A DNA stretch of 64,000 nt from Utricularia gibba (Eukaryota; Plantae; Magnoliophyta). The stretch is taken from positions 248,001-312,000 of the forward strand of contig CM007992.1 in the NCBI GenBank assembly GCA_002189035.1, read 5' to 3'. The notes under the pieces were generated by a model that saw only the letters and a program-made list of their open reading frames with translations, did not search any database and was not told the origin of the DNA. The translations under genes were made by a program, and so were the position numbers. Below, in pieces: positions 11,250 through 27,154 of this stretch (its first letter is position 1; each line of letters begins with the position of its first letter).

Positions 11250-12430
11250 GATTGAGAGTGATAGATCTCCTCCCCCTGGGCCGGACCCTGTAAAGCTCTT
11301 GAATCTTATCAACACCCTGTGTGACATATGAGAAACCTTTATCCATATGAAGCTGTAGGATTGGAGGATTTCTAGAATGGGTGTAATATGTTTACTGGAT
11401 GACAACTTGCAACTTTTGAACTGTAGTAATGCATGCAGTCATGTCGGCCAACATGTGCCACTTGCACCATATCAGGGAGTGGTGGTATGGTTTGTTGGAA
11501 CTGCAATAATGCATCATGCATCCAGTGATCAGGAAGTTAGGTAACAATACCCCAATTGTTCCATTTGATAGAGCCCATTTATTATGAACTACTGGTTTTC
11601 GTAAACATGAGATCCACCACAACTTGAGTGGTGGATGTAAAAGTTTTCATAAGCTATGTGACTGATTTGTAAGTCACTGGAGCATGATGAGTGGCTAGCG
11701 TCATGGGAATCAAGTTGTGTTCATTATAGGCGTCATGATTGCCTTTCTATTAATCAAAACTGATTGCTTTGTGTAGGACATGGAGATGAAGACCAGCAGC
11801 TCCTCCTACCCCAAAATGAACTGAGGTCTGAAATGCCTTCTTTTACTCTTCACACCGTTCGCCCTTCGTGTTGTCTCTGGCCGTCCAGTGGTAACACTCC
11901 CTCCTAAAACATGCTCAAAATTACTTACTGTATTTGGCTGGAAGAGGAAAGAAATGAGCACCTACCCCGAGTTCTTAACACATCGTCCTCACCTTGGGAA
12001 CGTGGCATAGCTTGGATACCACCCACTGATACTAATGTTTTAAAGTAGTCAAGTTTTGAAGGATCAAATTACCAAAACATGTTATTTCGCGAAACCCGAA
12101 ATTTCAGAGAAATTTTGGATATCGCCCATGGAGACTACGGGAACCCAAGGGGCGTAGGGTGGGAGATCATTGGACGAATCGAATCCTGGCTATCAAATAT
12201 ACTGATCATGACTCAAGCTTGCTGGGAAAATTGGCTCCACAGCATGAAAGAGATGCGTTACGCAAGGGACTGCGGTTGCCATAGAGATCAGCTTCGCTGT
12301 TTTCACACCAAGGACCTCCACTATTCAACGCTTTCTGCTGAATGTACGGAAACATGCTTAGAAACAACAAAGGTCCGTTGCGAAGGTGAATGGAAGCAGC
12401 TCCTTGATCATCCAGGTACCGTACACCACA
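11250..12430 (+). mobile_element. Heavily decayed Ty3/gypsy (chromovirus-like) pol relic: RT and integrase fragments
   Basis: Degenerate motifs appear in gypsy order across shifting frames: VIDLLP (11258), VFI..EHDE (11643-11691), GH (11776), TEV* (11820; cf. TEVRSFLG), LPKHVISRNPKF / FWISPMETTGT (12066-12146; cf. PxSIVSDRDPKFTSxFW), GRIESWLSNILIMTQAC (12172; cf. GQSERTIQTLEDMLRAC), YG and EGEWKQLL. Compared from memory, not by search. Confidence 0.6.
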
Positions 12431-12686
12431 CTCGTGTTTCCATCGGTTCAACAAAACGCATGGCCAAACACATGGAAACCAAATGCTGAATGGATACAGT
12501 CAGCAGTGAAGCCATGGGAGAAGTAAAACAAGAATAGCAAGAAACGAGATAGAATTTCCGACTTGAGGACTAAGAACGCGATGTGAAACAACGGTAGCAT
12601 CTCCGAATCAAAACATAAAAGAAGTCTAGCAGGATGCGAATGGGAAAAATGCAGTACTCGGGTACCGAATCACGGCCACGGTTGGC

Positions 12687-12928
12687 TTAGAAGCCGAGCT
12701 TCGTGCGGCGCCAGTGCCGGCGCTTGGCGTTATACCGGATCTTGTTTCCGGTGCGCATCCTTATCCAGTAAGGGATTGGCCTGTTCTGCCTCTGCTTCTT
12801 CGCCAGCTTCTTCTTAATCATGAACGTCTTGTGCGACGGCTGCAATTCAACGCATTTGTACAAATCGGTCGGATCTCGTTTCAAATATGAAAATCCAGTA
12901 ACAGAAATCCAAGAAAATGACGTACCAT
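12687..12928 (-). CDS. RPL39: 60S ribosomal protein L39 (eL39), 51 aa; ATG-only first exon
   Basis: ATG at 12928-12926, intron 12925..12840, then [50 protein letters not shown]. Telo-box AAACCCTAA at 12971-12979. Confidence 0.97.
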
Positions 12929-13351
12929 TTCGATTCCGGCGTCGGAGATCTCCGCTGGGGCGGCGAATCGTTAGGGTTTACGACACTAGACCAGGAGAGG
13001 ACGGAGCCCTAATCCGGTATTTATATAAACCTTTTTCATTTCTTATTAAAAATAAGTTACATTTTTCATTTTACGTTATTGCCCCTAACGCTTGGGAAGT
13101 CTTTAGTCGTCCCCTGACTACGGCTTCTCGCCTTCGCTTCTTCTGGCTGAATTTCTTGGAAGCTTTTTGGTGCATTGTGTGTTTTTTTGAATTTCTTGAG
13201 ATATTATGCTACAGTGGCTACAGTATTCTGAATTCTGTCCCTGCTCAAATTACTTCTTTGAATGGAAACATTGTTTTGTGCTTGGATGCTAATTGCTATG
13301 AGTAAGCAGTAGCACTGTGTTGATGCTTATTTATGCAACACCAGAGGATGA

Positions 13352-16687
<3,336 letters not shown>

Positions 16688-18157
16688 GAATACAGAGCCT
16701 GGCCAAATCGACACTAGCAATAAGCGAATCGCGGAGCAGAATCCCGAAGACCGAATCAACTACTAAAGGAGACTACAGAGTGAGTTGTACCTGTCAATGA
16801 ACGCCAATGGCGCCTGTCCACATACCACCCTCACGAGATCATCTCCCGTCGATTGCTTTTTTTCAGGAACTGTAAATAAACAGAATCGTACGCCTCCAGG
16901 TCCTTTTCACTCCGGCGGTCAAGTGTACGGCCGGCGGTAAATTTTCAGGAGGATGCTCGTCCACTTCATGGAATAATAAAAAGCAGTAAATAATACAACT
17001 AAATATTTTTATTATAGTAGCAATTATTGAGAATGATCGACTGCGGAATAAATTTGCAATTGCCTTTTTATTTTATTATTTTATATTGTTTTCATTTTAT
17101 ATTTTATTATTTTTATTTTTGTAATGGGCGATGAGAGGTACGGCTTCAAAATTAGACTTGGCATTCTATGATGTGGATGCCTGGTCCATTTTTGAAAAAT
17201 AATTATTTTGGCTTTTTATCTCACTCACTAAAATTAATTTTTTACGATAGTTATTTTTTTTCATACATTAAAAAAAGTATGTCTATTTTTCATATTCATT
17301 CGTATGCATGTGACTGCTTCTATATTAAACTAATGCCTCTCCATCAATCGGGGGCAAAATAGTAAAAAAATATAAGATTTCATATGGTGGGATGTATTTA
17401 AATTAAAAAAATATGGTGTCTGGATAAATTAAATAAAATGATCAAGTTAATTTTTTATTGATAAAGGTAATGGCTTCGAACATGGCTAGCTATGGGTGAA
17501 TAAGTCAATATGTAAATCTTTTAGATCAAATTTAAAATCGAAAATTTGATTCCCCCTCATGAGCTTATGGGCCCACACTGAGGGGTTATTCGGCATATTG
17601 GGCTTGGGCTCTTCTCAAATTTAACAAAATGGGCTCCTTCTTTTTTTTCTTTAATTTTATTTGAAATCCAATAAATGAATTTCTAGATGTGAAGCGGTTG
17701 TTGGGTTTCACCGACACTTGGCAGCTGGCAATTTCTGGAGTCCTGATTAGAGGTGTTTGTCGGCGGTGCAAATGATAATTAGGCTTTAGCTGCTCTATCG
17801 TGACATTCCACCATCAATTAATTAATTAACGCCTAATGATTAATCAGTAGAAATTTAATGGGTAATTTTGAAAAAGTAACCATTAATTATTCCGAATATT
17901 AATTTTTTTATTTCCGAATAGTTATTTTAGGAATTTTATTGCATGGCGGCCGGTTTTTTTTACACATCTTATTCAGGTAATTAACGGTAATCACATATGT
18001 TTGTGTCAGAATTAGTTAAAAAATGGCAATGAATCCCATCACTGTCGCAGATGATCTTGAGGCACCTCGCCGTGTATATGAAAGGAGAGACTGGAGAGGA
18101 GAGGAGAGAGACAGCTGCATCTGTGGGGCTTTTTCATCTGCCGACTGGGAGGGGAGT

Positions 18158-20169
18158 ATGATGATGACGCCAGGTTTCAGATCTCTGATGGGATTCACGG
18201 TGCTGCTGTTCTTCTTCCTGTCTAGCTTCAGCTTCACTTCCACTGGTGATTCCCTTTTTATTGTTTTTGCTCTTGTTGGTTTCGTGTGGTGGATAGGTGG
18301 GGATTGGGTTAGCAGTGGCGAGTTCTGAATGGGCTTGTGCGGGGTTTGATTGGATTTGAGGAATGGTTGTCTTGATGAGGAATTGGGATTCCGATTTTTG
18401 ATATGGCAATTTTTGCTCCTTTGAGAATGGCCGTGGCGATGGACAGTGTATGGCTGTTTTAGAATGTACTGTGAGAATTTTGTTCATCTGTAGACTGAGG
18501 TTTCTAGTGATCCAATTTGCTTTGTTTCTGCCTAAAACTTCCAAGAATCAACATTTTAGCTTCCTTCTTTGCATTACAGAAGCATATGATCCTCTTGATC
18601 CTAATGGAAATATCACCATAAAATGGGATGTGATCAGCTGGACTGCTGATGGTTATGTGGTAGGTGCTCAAGGCAGTCTCTTTCTGTCCCAACCCTGTCT
18701 GTAGGATTCATTCCTTGACACCCACCCAATTCTCGTTGTGTTGAATGGCAGGCTGTTGTGACCATGTTCAACTTCCAGCAATATCGCCATATTCAAGCAC
18801 CGGGATGGACATTGGGGTGGACTTGGGCAAAGAAAGAGGTGATCTGGAGCATGATGGGTGGTCAGACAACGGACCAAGGAGACTGCTCCAGATTCAAGGG
18901 AAACATTCCGCATTGCTGTAGGAAAGATCCGACCGTCATCGACTTGTTACCAGGAACTCCTTACAACCAGCAGATTGCAAACTGCTGCAAAGGAGGGGTG
19001 ATCAGTTCTTGGGTGCAAGATCCTGCAAACGCAGCAAGCTCCTTCCAAGTAAGTGTTGGTGGTTCTGGAACCACGAACAAGACAGTCAAGCTCCCCAGGA
19101 ACTTCACTTTGAAAGCGCCTGGCCCTGGCTACACCTGTGGACCTGCAAAAATAGTGAAGCCAACTAAATTTTATACCCAGGATGGAAGGAGAGTGACTCA
19201 AGCGATGAGTAAGCAGTTCATATGCTCTGATCATTTCTACTTTTTGGTTTAGCAGACTGTGATACATTTCTCCATGTGTCCTGCAGTGACTTGGAACATT
19301 ACCTGCACTTATTCACAGTTTCTGGCTCAAAAGACGCCTACATGCTGTGTTTCACTCTCATCTTTCTACAACAGCACCATTGTTCCTTGCCCAGCATGCA
19401 CATGTGGATGTCGAAATACCTCCCAACCAGGAAGCTGTGTGGAGTGAGTGTTTTTGCAACTCTATCTTTTCCCCCTGTGCACTTGGTGATCTTTTGTTCT
19501 TGCAGCCCGGAGTCGAATCACTTAGCTTCGGTTGTTTCGGGGATTGGGAAGAGCAATGGGAACCTAGCGCCACTAGTCCAGTGCACCAGCCATATGTGCC
19601 CCATTCGTGTCCACTGGCATGTGAAGCAGAACTACAAGGAGTACTGGCGAGTCAAGGTCACCATTACAAACTTCAACTACCGGATGAACTACACTCTGTG
19701 GAGCTTAGTTATCCAGCATCCCAACTTCGACAATCTCACCCAATCCTTCAGCTTCAACTACAAGCCCCTGAATCCATACCAGAACATAAGTGAGCTCCTG
19801 ACTGACTCCCTTTCTCTTCTTCTTCAATCTCCACTCTCACTCATATACCTTCTTGCTTTCTTGTGGGGTTTTGACAGATGACACTGCAATGCTATGGGGC
19901 GTCAAGTTCTACAACGATTTCCTCAACCAAGCTGGCCCTCTCGGAAACGTGCAGTCCGAGTTTCTGTTCAGGAAAGACAAGGCGACCTTCACATTTGAGA
20001 AGGGATGGGCTTTCCCCAGAAGAGTCTACTTCAATGGCGACAACTGCGTGATGCCACCCCGAATGCCTACCCCTTTCTCCCGAACAGCAGCCGGCGGCAA
20101 AGCGCTCCGTTGCTTGTGATACTCATCACCGCAGCCGCAGCCACGATGATCGCATTGGCAGGCTTTTGA
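18158..20169 (+). CDS. COB: COBRA GPI-anchored protein, 6 exons; apparent 1-nt frameshift at 20057-20060
   Basis: Signal peptide, EAYDPLDPNGNITIKWD, CCVS motif, HMCPIRVHWHVK and FPRRVYFNGDNCVMPP. The hydrophobic GPI signal lies in the shifted frame. Confidence 0.95.
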
Positions 20170-20646
20170 AAAGGCACAGGAAAATCAATAGCTCGCGCAT
20201 TCTCCTTTTTGTGTGACTCTTATTGTACAAGTACGGACTCCAGTGTCATCACTGAAAATGGAAACAAAATTCAATCAAATTTTTTTCATGAATTAAGTTT
20301 TGTTATTATTCTATTTTAATTTATGAATTATTAAATAAATTAAAATTATAGTTGATTCGATATTTAGAAATGATAATAAAAGAATATTGGTATAATAATA
20401 TATTTTAAAATGAAATGAGAATAAAATTAATCATAATGAAATCATTCTAATTTTCAATTTTAATTAAAATTGAATATAATAATTATTATTATTATTTAAT
20501 TAATGGGCCCAATAGTTACACAGTTTGCGATGGGCCTGGGTGAAATGGGCCTTCGTTGTAACGATAGCCTGGCCTCTCTCTTGCAGATATTTTGTATTTA
20601 GTATGAGGCGAGGATAAGGCACTGGTATTTTGTGAAACGAGGAAGG

Positions 20647-21056
20647 ATGTTTGAGCACATAACCTCAAGCGAAATCGCCGGCTACGCCGTGGGGGCTGTG
20701 CTCCTCTCCGCCACCATCTCCGCCGTGAAGGTTGATTCCTTCATTGCATCCTCGCAGCGAAGGTGAATTTCTCTGCCACCTGTTAACAGTTTCCTTTTTT
20801 TCTTTGTTTTTTGGCTGATACTGATCAGTACAGTTCACTGGGGATGTGCCGGAAATGTGGGGATTTGAAGCTGATCGCCTGCTCTAAATGCAAGGGTTTT
20901 GGGCTCGCGAAGGGGCCTTTGGATTTCATGCCTGTTATCGGAGAAAGCATCGATCGACGTGCCAAAAGTAGGGCGCCGGCGGCGAGCTCTTGCTCCAGTT
21001 GCGGCGGAAAAGGACAATTTCCCTGCCCGGAGTGCTCCGTACTTCCCGGCAACTGA
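20647..21056 (+). CDS. Small DnaJ-type cysteine-rich zinc-finger protein with N-terminal hydrophobic helix, 2 exons
   Basis: MFEHITSSEIAGYAVGAVLLSATISAVKVDSFIASSQR|SSLGMCRKCGDLKLIACSKCKGFG...CSSCGGKGQFPCPEC (CxxCxGxG repeats); intron 20763..20833. Confidence 0.85.
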
Positions 21057-21494
21057 GTTTTGCTAGGTGAATATGGAGGATTCCTCCATTAACATAAACG
21101 GACACTGTATCTTGTGCTTTTATTTGATATGAAACCAAGAACAATCATACAACGAGGATTGAGGCCACAGCATACAAGGCTAACCTTCATCTGACCTTGG
21201 AACCTTTCTTCTCTTCCTCATATGAACAGAATCTGGAACTGCTCTGTTGCGCTCATCAGTGGCAATGAGCCACACTGTGGCAGTTGCCTATGCAGAATCA
21301 TCAAGTCTGCGCCTCAAGCTGAAAAAAGGACTCGCAGTTTCTCTGCTGGTTTCTTCTGTGCGAGGCGATGAGACGGCTAACACATGTGACCAGGCTGTAA
21401 AGACCCTCATAATACACCTGCGAATGATCATGCTGCATATTTCCGTCACCATAAACCCTCCTAGGGGGCCTCCTTCCTCCTCTGCTCACCACCC

Positions 21495-21559
21495 CTGCCG
21501 GAGATCTCACCTGTCTGCCGGAGTTTCCACCTCACTGCCGGAGTTTCCACCTTACTGCC
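21495..21559. repeat. 20-bp minisatellite, 3.2 copies
   Basis: CTGCCGGAGATCTCACCTGT / CTGCCGGAGTTTCCACCTCA / CTGCCGGAGTTTCCACCTTA / CTGCC, with no spacers between units. Confidence 0.9.
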
Positions 21560-21928
21560 TGTTGAGCTCTCAGGTAACAGAGAGTTCAGTAGATCTCTCG
21601 CAGGGCTTTCCCCTTTCCACCAATGCCTCTTTCATAGCTAACTTTCCTCACATCCCTTCTGTATTACCACCATTTTTCCATACACCATCAAATCAACCAC
21701 TCTTCCAACTGACACCCATTTCTGTGCTGACTCCGGATTCTCAAGGAATTCCACCGGTTCAGGTTTCTTCCCAAGGCAAAACAAGATCTTGAAATTGCAA
21801 TCTGCCGAGTAACTATCACTCCACAGTGGAGAATAACATATTTTCTCGAGCCATTTGATTCTAGGACTTGTCAAGAAATGATGAAGGATGCATGTGGCAT
21901 TGGTCATTCAATGAACACGAACGGGAAG

Positions 21929-22586
21929 TTACTTGGGTGAAACAGAGTAAACTGAGTTCACTTTTGTTTCCAACAAGGTGACATATTTATCAAGCATTGA
22001 TATAGCAACTTCAAACTCCGTTACTTGTCGCTCGATCTCATCAAGCTGGTGAGTTAACTGATTGAAGTTCTCACATTTTGACTTGAGCTGTTGCACAAAC
22101 ACTCTTAATCCACAGGCAACATCTCCAAAACCCTTGTACTCTTCTGCTACTCTCACATTCATTTCCTCAAGAAGCTCAATTGCAACGTTCGATCCCTGCA
22201 ATAGGAAGCACATAACACTATTTAAAAAACCAATCTATTAAAGATCCCGGCAAAAGTTAGCACCTTGTCTCCAGAAAACACAATACGCAACACCACTCAA
22301 GCACTCAAAACTAGAGACAAACCACCGACGGAAAATTTAGGGTGCGATCAGTAAGCACAAGGAGGGCGGATTTGCAGATCAAATTTTAATCACAGATTCA
22401 ACATCAGAACCACGAAATGAAATCGACAGGAAATTGAAATTATCCTGGGGTTAAGCGCGAAACTTCGATCAAATAATATGGTTTTCTCACTTGGAGTTCC
22501 GCTTTGATCATGGCGGAGACACTTGTGAAGAGGTCTTCGAGGGAATCGGCTAATTCGTCTTGCTCCATCTCCTTCTCAGTCGCCAT
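21929..22586 (-). CDS. BLOS2: BLOC-1 subunit 2, 2 exons, 120 aa
   Basis: ELADSLEDLFTSVSAMIKAELQ|GSNVAIELLEEMNVRVAEEY...GLRVF...QVTEFEVAIS matches remembered BLOS2; intron 22490..22196. Confidence 0.92.
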
Positions 22587-23270
22587 TTGCATCTAACAGA
22601 GCTCTTAAACTACAAGTTTGGGTTGGGATCTCCTAATGGATACACCCCAAATAATCTTTGCCACGAAAAGCCCAAAAAATTTAAGGTCGTACGTACACTA
22701 GCCCATGGGCTAAAAACAAGATGGCCTATATGCTTTGCTCAAAATGGGCCGTACGGCGTGGAATCCAATAAGAACGAAAGGGCAGATTTCACCCAATCCC
22801 CTGATCAGGGGGAGGGAAGTGGTGCTCATGGGAGAAGAAAGGGCGATTTTTTGTTTTAATCGGATGGTGTAAGATCATCAGGTTTGATGCTTCGTCACCG
22901 GATATCCCGGAGGCGCTTATGGAGAGCGGTGTATCGGCGAAACGAGGCGCTTTAGTTGAGAAATTGCATGATGATGATCTGACTGTGAATCAATTGATTA
23001 AAAAAAAAATGATCGACGATCCATAATCTGTTGCCATGCTTGATTTTAAAACGATTTGGTTGTATCTGTTTTTCAGAAATTCCAAAGTTTGATGGCTCTC
23101 TATTGCTGCTGGATAGTTCAACACTGCTAAAAGATAAGTAGTTGAAATTTACGAGTGTGCTCATGTTCTAGGATGGAAAGCTGAATCCTATTGATTCTGA
23201 TATAATCACCTTGCTGCAATTTGGGGACTTGGTTGTTGTTGTTGTTCTTACTCTTCGTCATGGTATTACA

Positions 23271-24261
23271 TCAGACTTGGGTCACTTGAACGCACCTCTC
23301 TGGTTGCTTAGCAAATCGGCCTTTGATCCTCGGCCTCACTTCCGCGTAAGCCTTGCGGGAGGCGTACCGGATTGTTTTTTCGAACCTCCTGTTCTTCTTC
23401 TTCTCTCTGTATCTCAGCACCCTGGCTTCTCTGTCCATGTCACAGCTTGGGAAAGCATCTGAGGCATCAGTGAGCTGCTTTATCTGGGTAAATGAGACTT
23501 GTGTATTTGCAGTATCTGGAACCATACCTTGCTGCTGTTGTGTAAAAGCAGAAGCGTATTAGCATAGTCCATGTTTATATTATTTCTGAGGACCAAGGAT
23601 ATGAAATCAGCTGACTTACAGTGTTGTAGAATGAAGATGCGGAGAAGAAGTCTACGGCTTTTGGGTCATCATACTCCAATCCCAGTTGAAAAAAGTGTCT
23701 CTGGGGAACATCATAATCCTGCTGCTGATTGCTCTGCTCTTCATTACACTGATCCAAATTAGGGGCCGAACCGAAATCAGTGAGCTCTTGAAACTCCCCG
23801 TACCGGAGGCCGTTGCTATCACTGGCCTTGGTGATGAGAGGATTATGCAGAAGCCAAGAGACTGCTTCCTCATCATCCTCATCTGCATCGTTCTCCATAA
23901 CTCCCCCATCAGAGCTCTCTGGTATGCTAGACCCAGTGAAGGTATGCGCAACAGGGCTGGAGATACCATCCGTCATCGCCCGGATTGGAACGCGGTGGTG
24001 GCGCCCTGCCAGAGGATTAGCGGAGTGGACTTTGGAGTCGCAAGCAGCGCAAAGCGATGCAGAATCAGCTTTACATAGGAAGACCGCAGGGGCGTGTGCG
24101 CAGGATGCGCAGAGGCGGACACGCTCGTGGTGGCGGGCCACGCTATGGATGCGTGAATCGCAGCTGAGGCAGAGAAAGACAGAGTCCTGCCGGCAGTACA
24201 GGGAGGACTCGGCGGAACGGCAGCCTTCACAGAGGACGCCGGCGGCCTTCACGTCCAACAT
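23271..24261 (-). CDS. COL: CONSTANS-like (group I: two B-boxes + CCT), 2 exons
   Basis: Two B-boxes (CEGC...; CASC...[14 protein letters not shown]), EEAVSWLL motif and CCT domain [42 protein letters not shown]. Confidence 0.93.
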
Positions 24262-24410
24262 TTCCGTTAATTTGGTTACCCTGTTTTCTAAACTAGGGGC
24301 TGTATCAGCGCACACGAGGAGTAGAGCTGTAGAAAAGATAAAAAGGGCAGCAATAAGTGGGCAGAAGTTTAGCGCTTCAGGCCCTCGGGCGTCGTGTTCA
24401 ATTCTTTCGA

Positions 24411-24422
24411 CGCCACGTGGCG
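24411..24422. promoter_or_regulatory. Palindromic G-box CGCCACGTGGCG in the divergent COL / TMEM33 promoter
   Basis: Perfect 12-bp palindrome 150 bp upstream of the COL ATG. Confidence 0.55.
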
Positions 24423-24750
24423 CAAAACCTGTGGCCAAGAGTTGTCCAAAGCTTTTGTGGTCGCTGAAGAGTCTAGATGGGACCCACGAGTGGCCAAAAA
24501 AGCGACATTATCTACCACAAAACTTGAAATTTAATTAAAATTGATATTTAATTTAAAATAAAGAAAAATAAATTTGCCATGGACATGGCCCATTTATTGA
24601 TTAGTTGGGCCCAATGGGTTGGTGATTTTGGGGCCCATTCATCTTGGGTGGGCGTACGGGCGCACTGGGTTGGTTTTGGCCGGAGCTTGAAGATTAAATC
24701 CCATTTTCAGCTTCTTGATTGATCGCTTTTTTCGATAGGAAGGTTGCAGA

Positions 24751-26772
24751 ATGGGTGGCGTCAGTGGAGAAGGGGACGATTCGCAGAAATTGAAACGAAT
24801 TGCGGCGGCGGCGTATGAATACGACAACGATCCGCGGTGGGTGGAGTACTGGGGGAATGTGCTTATTCCGCCGCACCTGACGTCCAGGACCGACGTCGTG
24901 GATCACTTCAAGCGCAAGTTCTATCAGCGTTATATCGTATGGTTTCGCTTACTTTATGAATCTGCTAGTATGTTGATTTGCGGGTTGATGGGGGCCGATG
25001 AGAATTCGTAACTCTTTGGTTGATGGGGGCCGATGAGTTTTTCAACTGCTTGCAGTTTCTGAGTTGAATTTTTTTTTTAGGAACTCTAGTTACTCTGTTC
25101 ACTTATCATCTTTTGATGTTTTCCAACTTTGGGTATTCAGGATCCTGGGCTTATCGTCGAACCAATGGTATCCAGTAGCGCATCTCAAAGAACAAAATCA
25201 GAACCATCCCCATCGCCGTTCTCCTCATCACCTACCCCTGATACTCAAGGGCAAAGTTCAGGTCTTTAGTTGCATCTCCGCATTTGAATTTTTGTGTTAG
25301 GATTTCCTTTTAGACGGCCTTTTGAGATACCTCCCAATGTGGGATTGGATGTTTTTCAGGGACCCCTAGCAGATCATCAGCCACATTTACAACCACTACT
25401 AATACGCCATTCCGTTTGGACCAGCAAACGATTCGATTTTCTATTAATGCGTGGGTAAGTATGTTGGACATGCCTTAGTTGATAGTTTTTTTTCTGGATG
25501 TCAGAATTTAATTTCATGTTGTGGTATTTCTAAATACTCTATTTGGCACTTTGCAGGTCCTTCTTGTGGCAATTGTTGCAATATTTCCATCTGTGCCCTC
25601 TAAAGTATCTAATCGGGCATATCGTATTTGCTTTTTGGGGACATCCTTTTATTCTTTATATACTGTATATGCATTACATGGGGTAAATTCCAGAGGCATC
25701 GATTAATTTCTTTCGTTCCTGCACTGTTGTTCTGCCTAATCTGAACTTTGTCTTCAGCTTCCTAGAGGTTTGAACTCGCAAGCCTTGCTAATGTGGTTCC
25801 AGTCAGTTGCTGTTACCAAAGACTTCATTTTTTTCATGTACTGCATTGTTTTTGCCCCTACCAGTCCATGCTTCAAGTGTTAGTTGAACTTCTTTCATCA
25901 TATCTGATACCTTACTTAAGCTCCTTCAGCCACCCATCCTATCTCCTTCAAGTGGCATTTCTTTTTCCATGTTCGGTGCAGTTGCTTTGCTTCCTGTTCT
26001 GTGCCACAACTTGGAGCAAGTTGTAAAATTCTCCAGGCGCAACTTTGGCGGTTCAAGCTTGTACAGGTGATTTTTTCAGAAGTTTTGAGTTACATACCTG
26101 CGGGAACTTGGAACATGATAATCTGAATGATTTCCTTTTCCCATCACATGCATGCACGTCGAAACCCTCCAAGGGCAAGCGTTATTTTGTGATGTCATGC
26201 TCTACAGACATTCAACTCACATGTAATAACTGCATACCTCGTGCCCTTTGAGAGTGATCAGATGAAGTTCCTGCAGGAAGTACCTGGAGAGAACCTTCCT
26301 GTGGGTTGACTCGAACACGGCAACTCTCGACGCGCTGTCTTCAAAAGCTGAGATTGGACTAGGATTCCTTCTTATAATTTCATTGTTGTCGTCAGTAACT
26401 AAACCTGCACAGCTCCTTGTTCCCAGATACAAGCAAATCCTTTTCTTCTCATTATAATTCCAACATGCAGGTGGCAGCGCAACATAATCCAAGCCTTCAT
26501 GTACTGGCAGGTTTGTTCTGTACTATGAAACCTCTTTCCCTGTTACACGCGGTTGTTTGTGATACACTTTCGTGCCAAGAGTTTCTTCTGCTTTGCGATG
26601 AAACCTCTTTCTCTCTCAGGTATTGAAGCTGATGTACCATGCTCCTGCCACTGCAAGTTACCATCAAGATACATGGGCTGACATTGGGAAAACTGTGAAT
26701 CCGCTGGTGGGTCGCTATGCCCCAATCCTCAAGACTCCCCTTTACGCAATTCAGAAGTGGTGGACGAGGTAG
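24751..26772 (+). CDS. TMEM33/Pom33 (UPF0121)-type membrane protein, multi-exon
   Basis: AAAAYEYDNDPRWVEYWGNVLIPPH...HFKRKFYQRYI|DPGL, EIGLGFLLIISLLS|WQRNIIQAFMYWQ|VLKLMYHAP...IQKWWTR*. Family assignment from memory. Confidence 0.8.
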
Positions 26773-27154
26773 CCAAGAATGGCGAAAACTTATCCTCTGC
26801 GCTTCTCTGTGAACTGACATGGGACGTCGATTTCAAATGTTTCTCTGCTTTCTGTTTTGTTGTAATAAATCGTGATGTGGACAACAAGTGCATTTACAAT
26901 GGCAGTTCAAGATTTTAACAGAATCTGGTGTTAGCCACCAGACAAATACGACCGAACAAGTATTAAGTGATTGGAAGAAGCATTAGCATGATCTTCATGC
27001 TGATTCTGATAAGTAACTCGACATCAATTCCATCAAATAAACAATCCAGAATCCAAGCCATAAGCATAATTTGATCTGATCATGGAAAATATGTCTATCA
27101 CAGACCACAGACCAATACCATTCAAACTTACACTACAAATGGAAAAAGAGTTGT

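Noticed and set aside
11684-11763. ATGATGA...CTGA resembling a box C/D snoRNA
   Set aside because: I recognise no rRNA-complementary guide. The ATGATGA is better explained as the EHDE codons of the RT relic.
12206-12454. RYLDD in a minus-strand ORF resembling an RT active site
   Set aside because: The flanking residues do not fit RT, and the plus strand here aligns to integrase.
18023-18157. In-frame upstream ATG extending COBRA by 45 aa
   Set aside because: It would bury the signal peptide and is most likely upstream of the TSS or in the UTR.
21247-21792. 181-aa ORF across the minisatellite; the repeat considered as a CRISPR-like array
   Set aside because: Non-ATG start and no domain. The repeats are contiguous with no spacers, there are no cas genes, and the context is eukaryotic.
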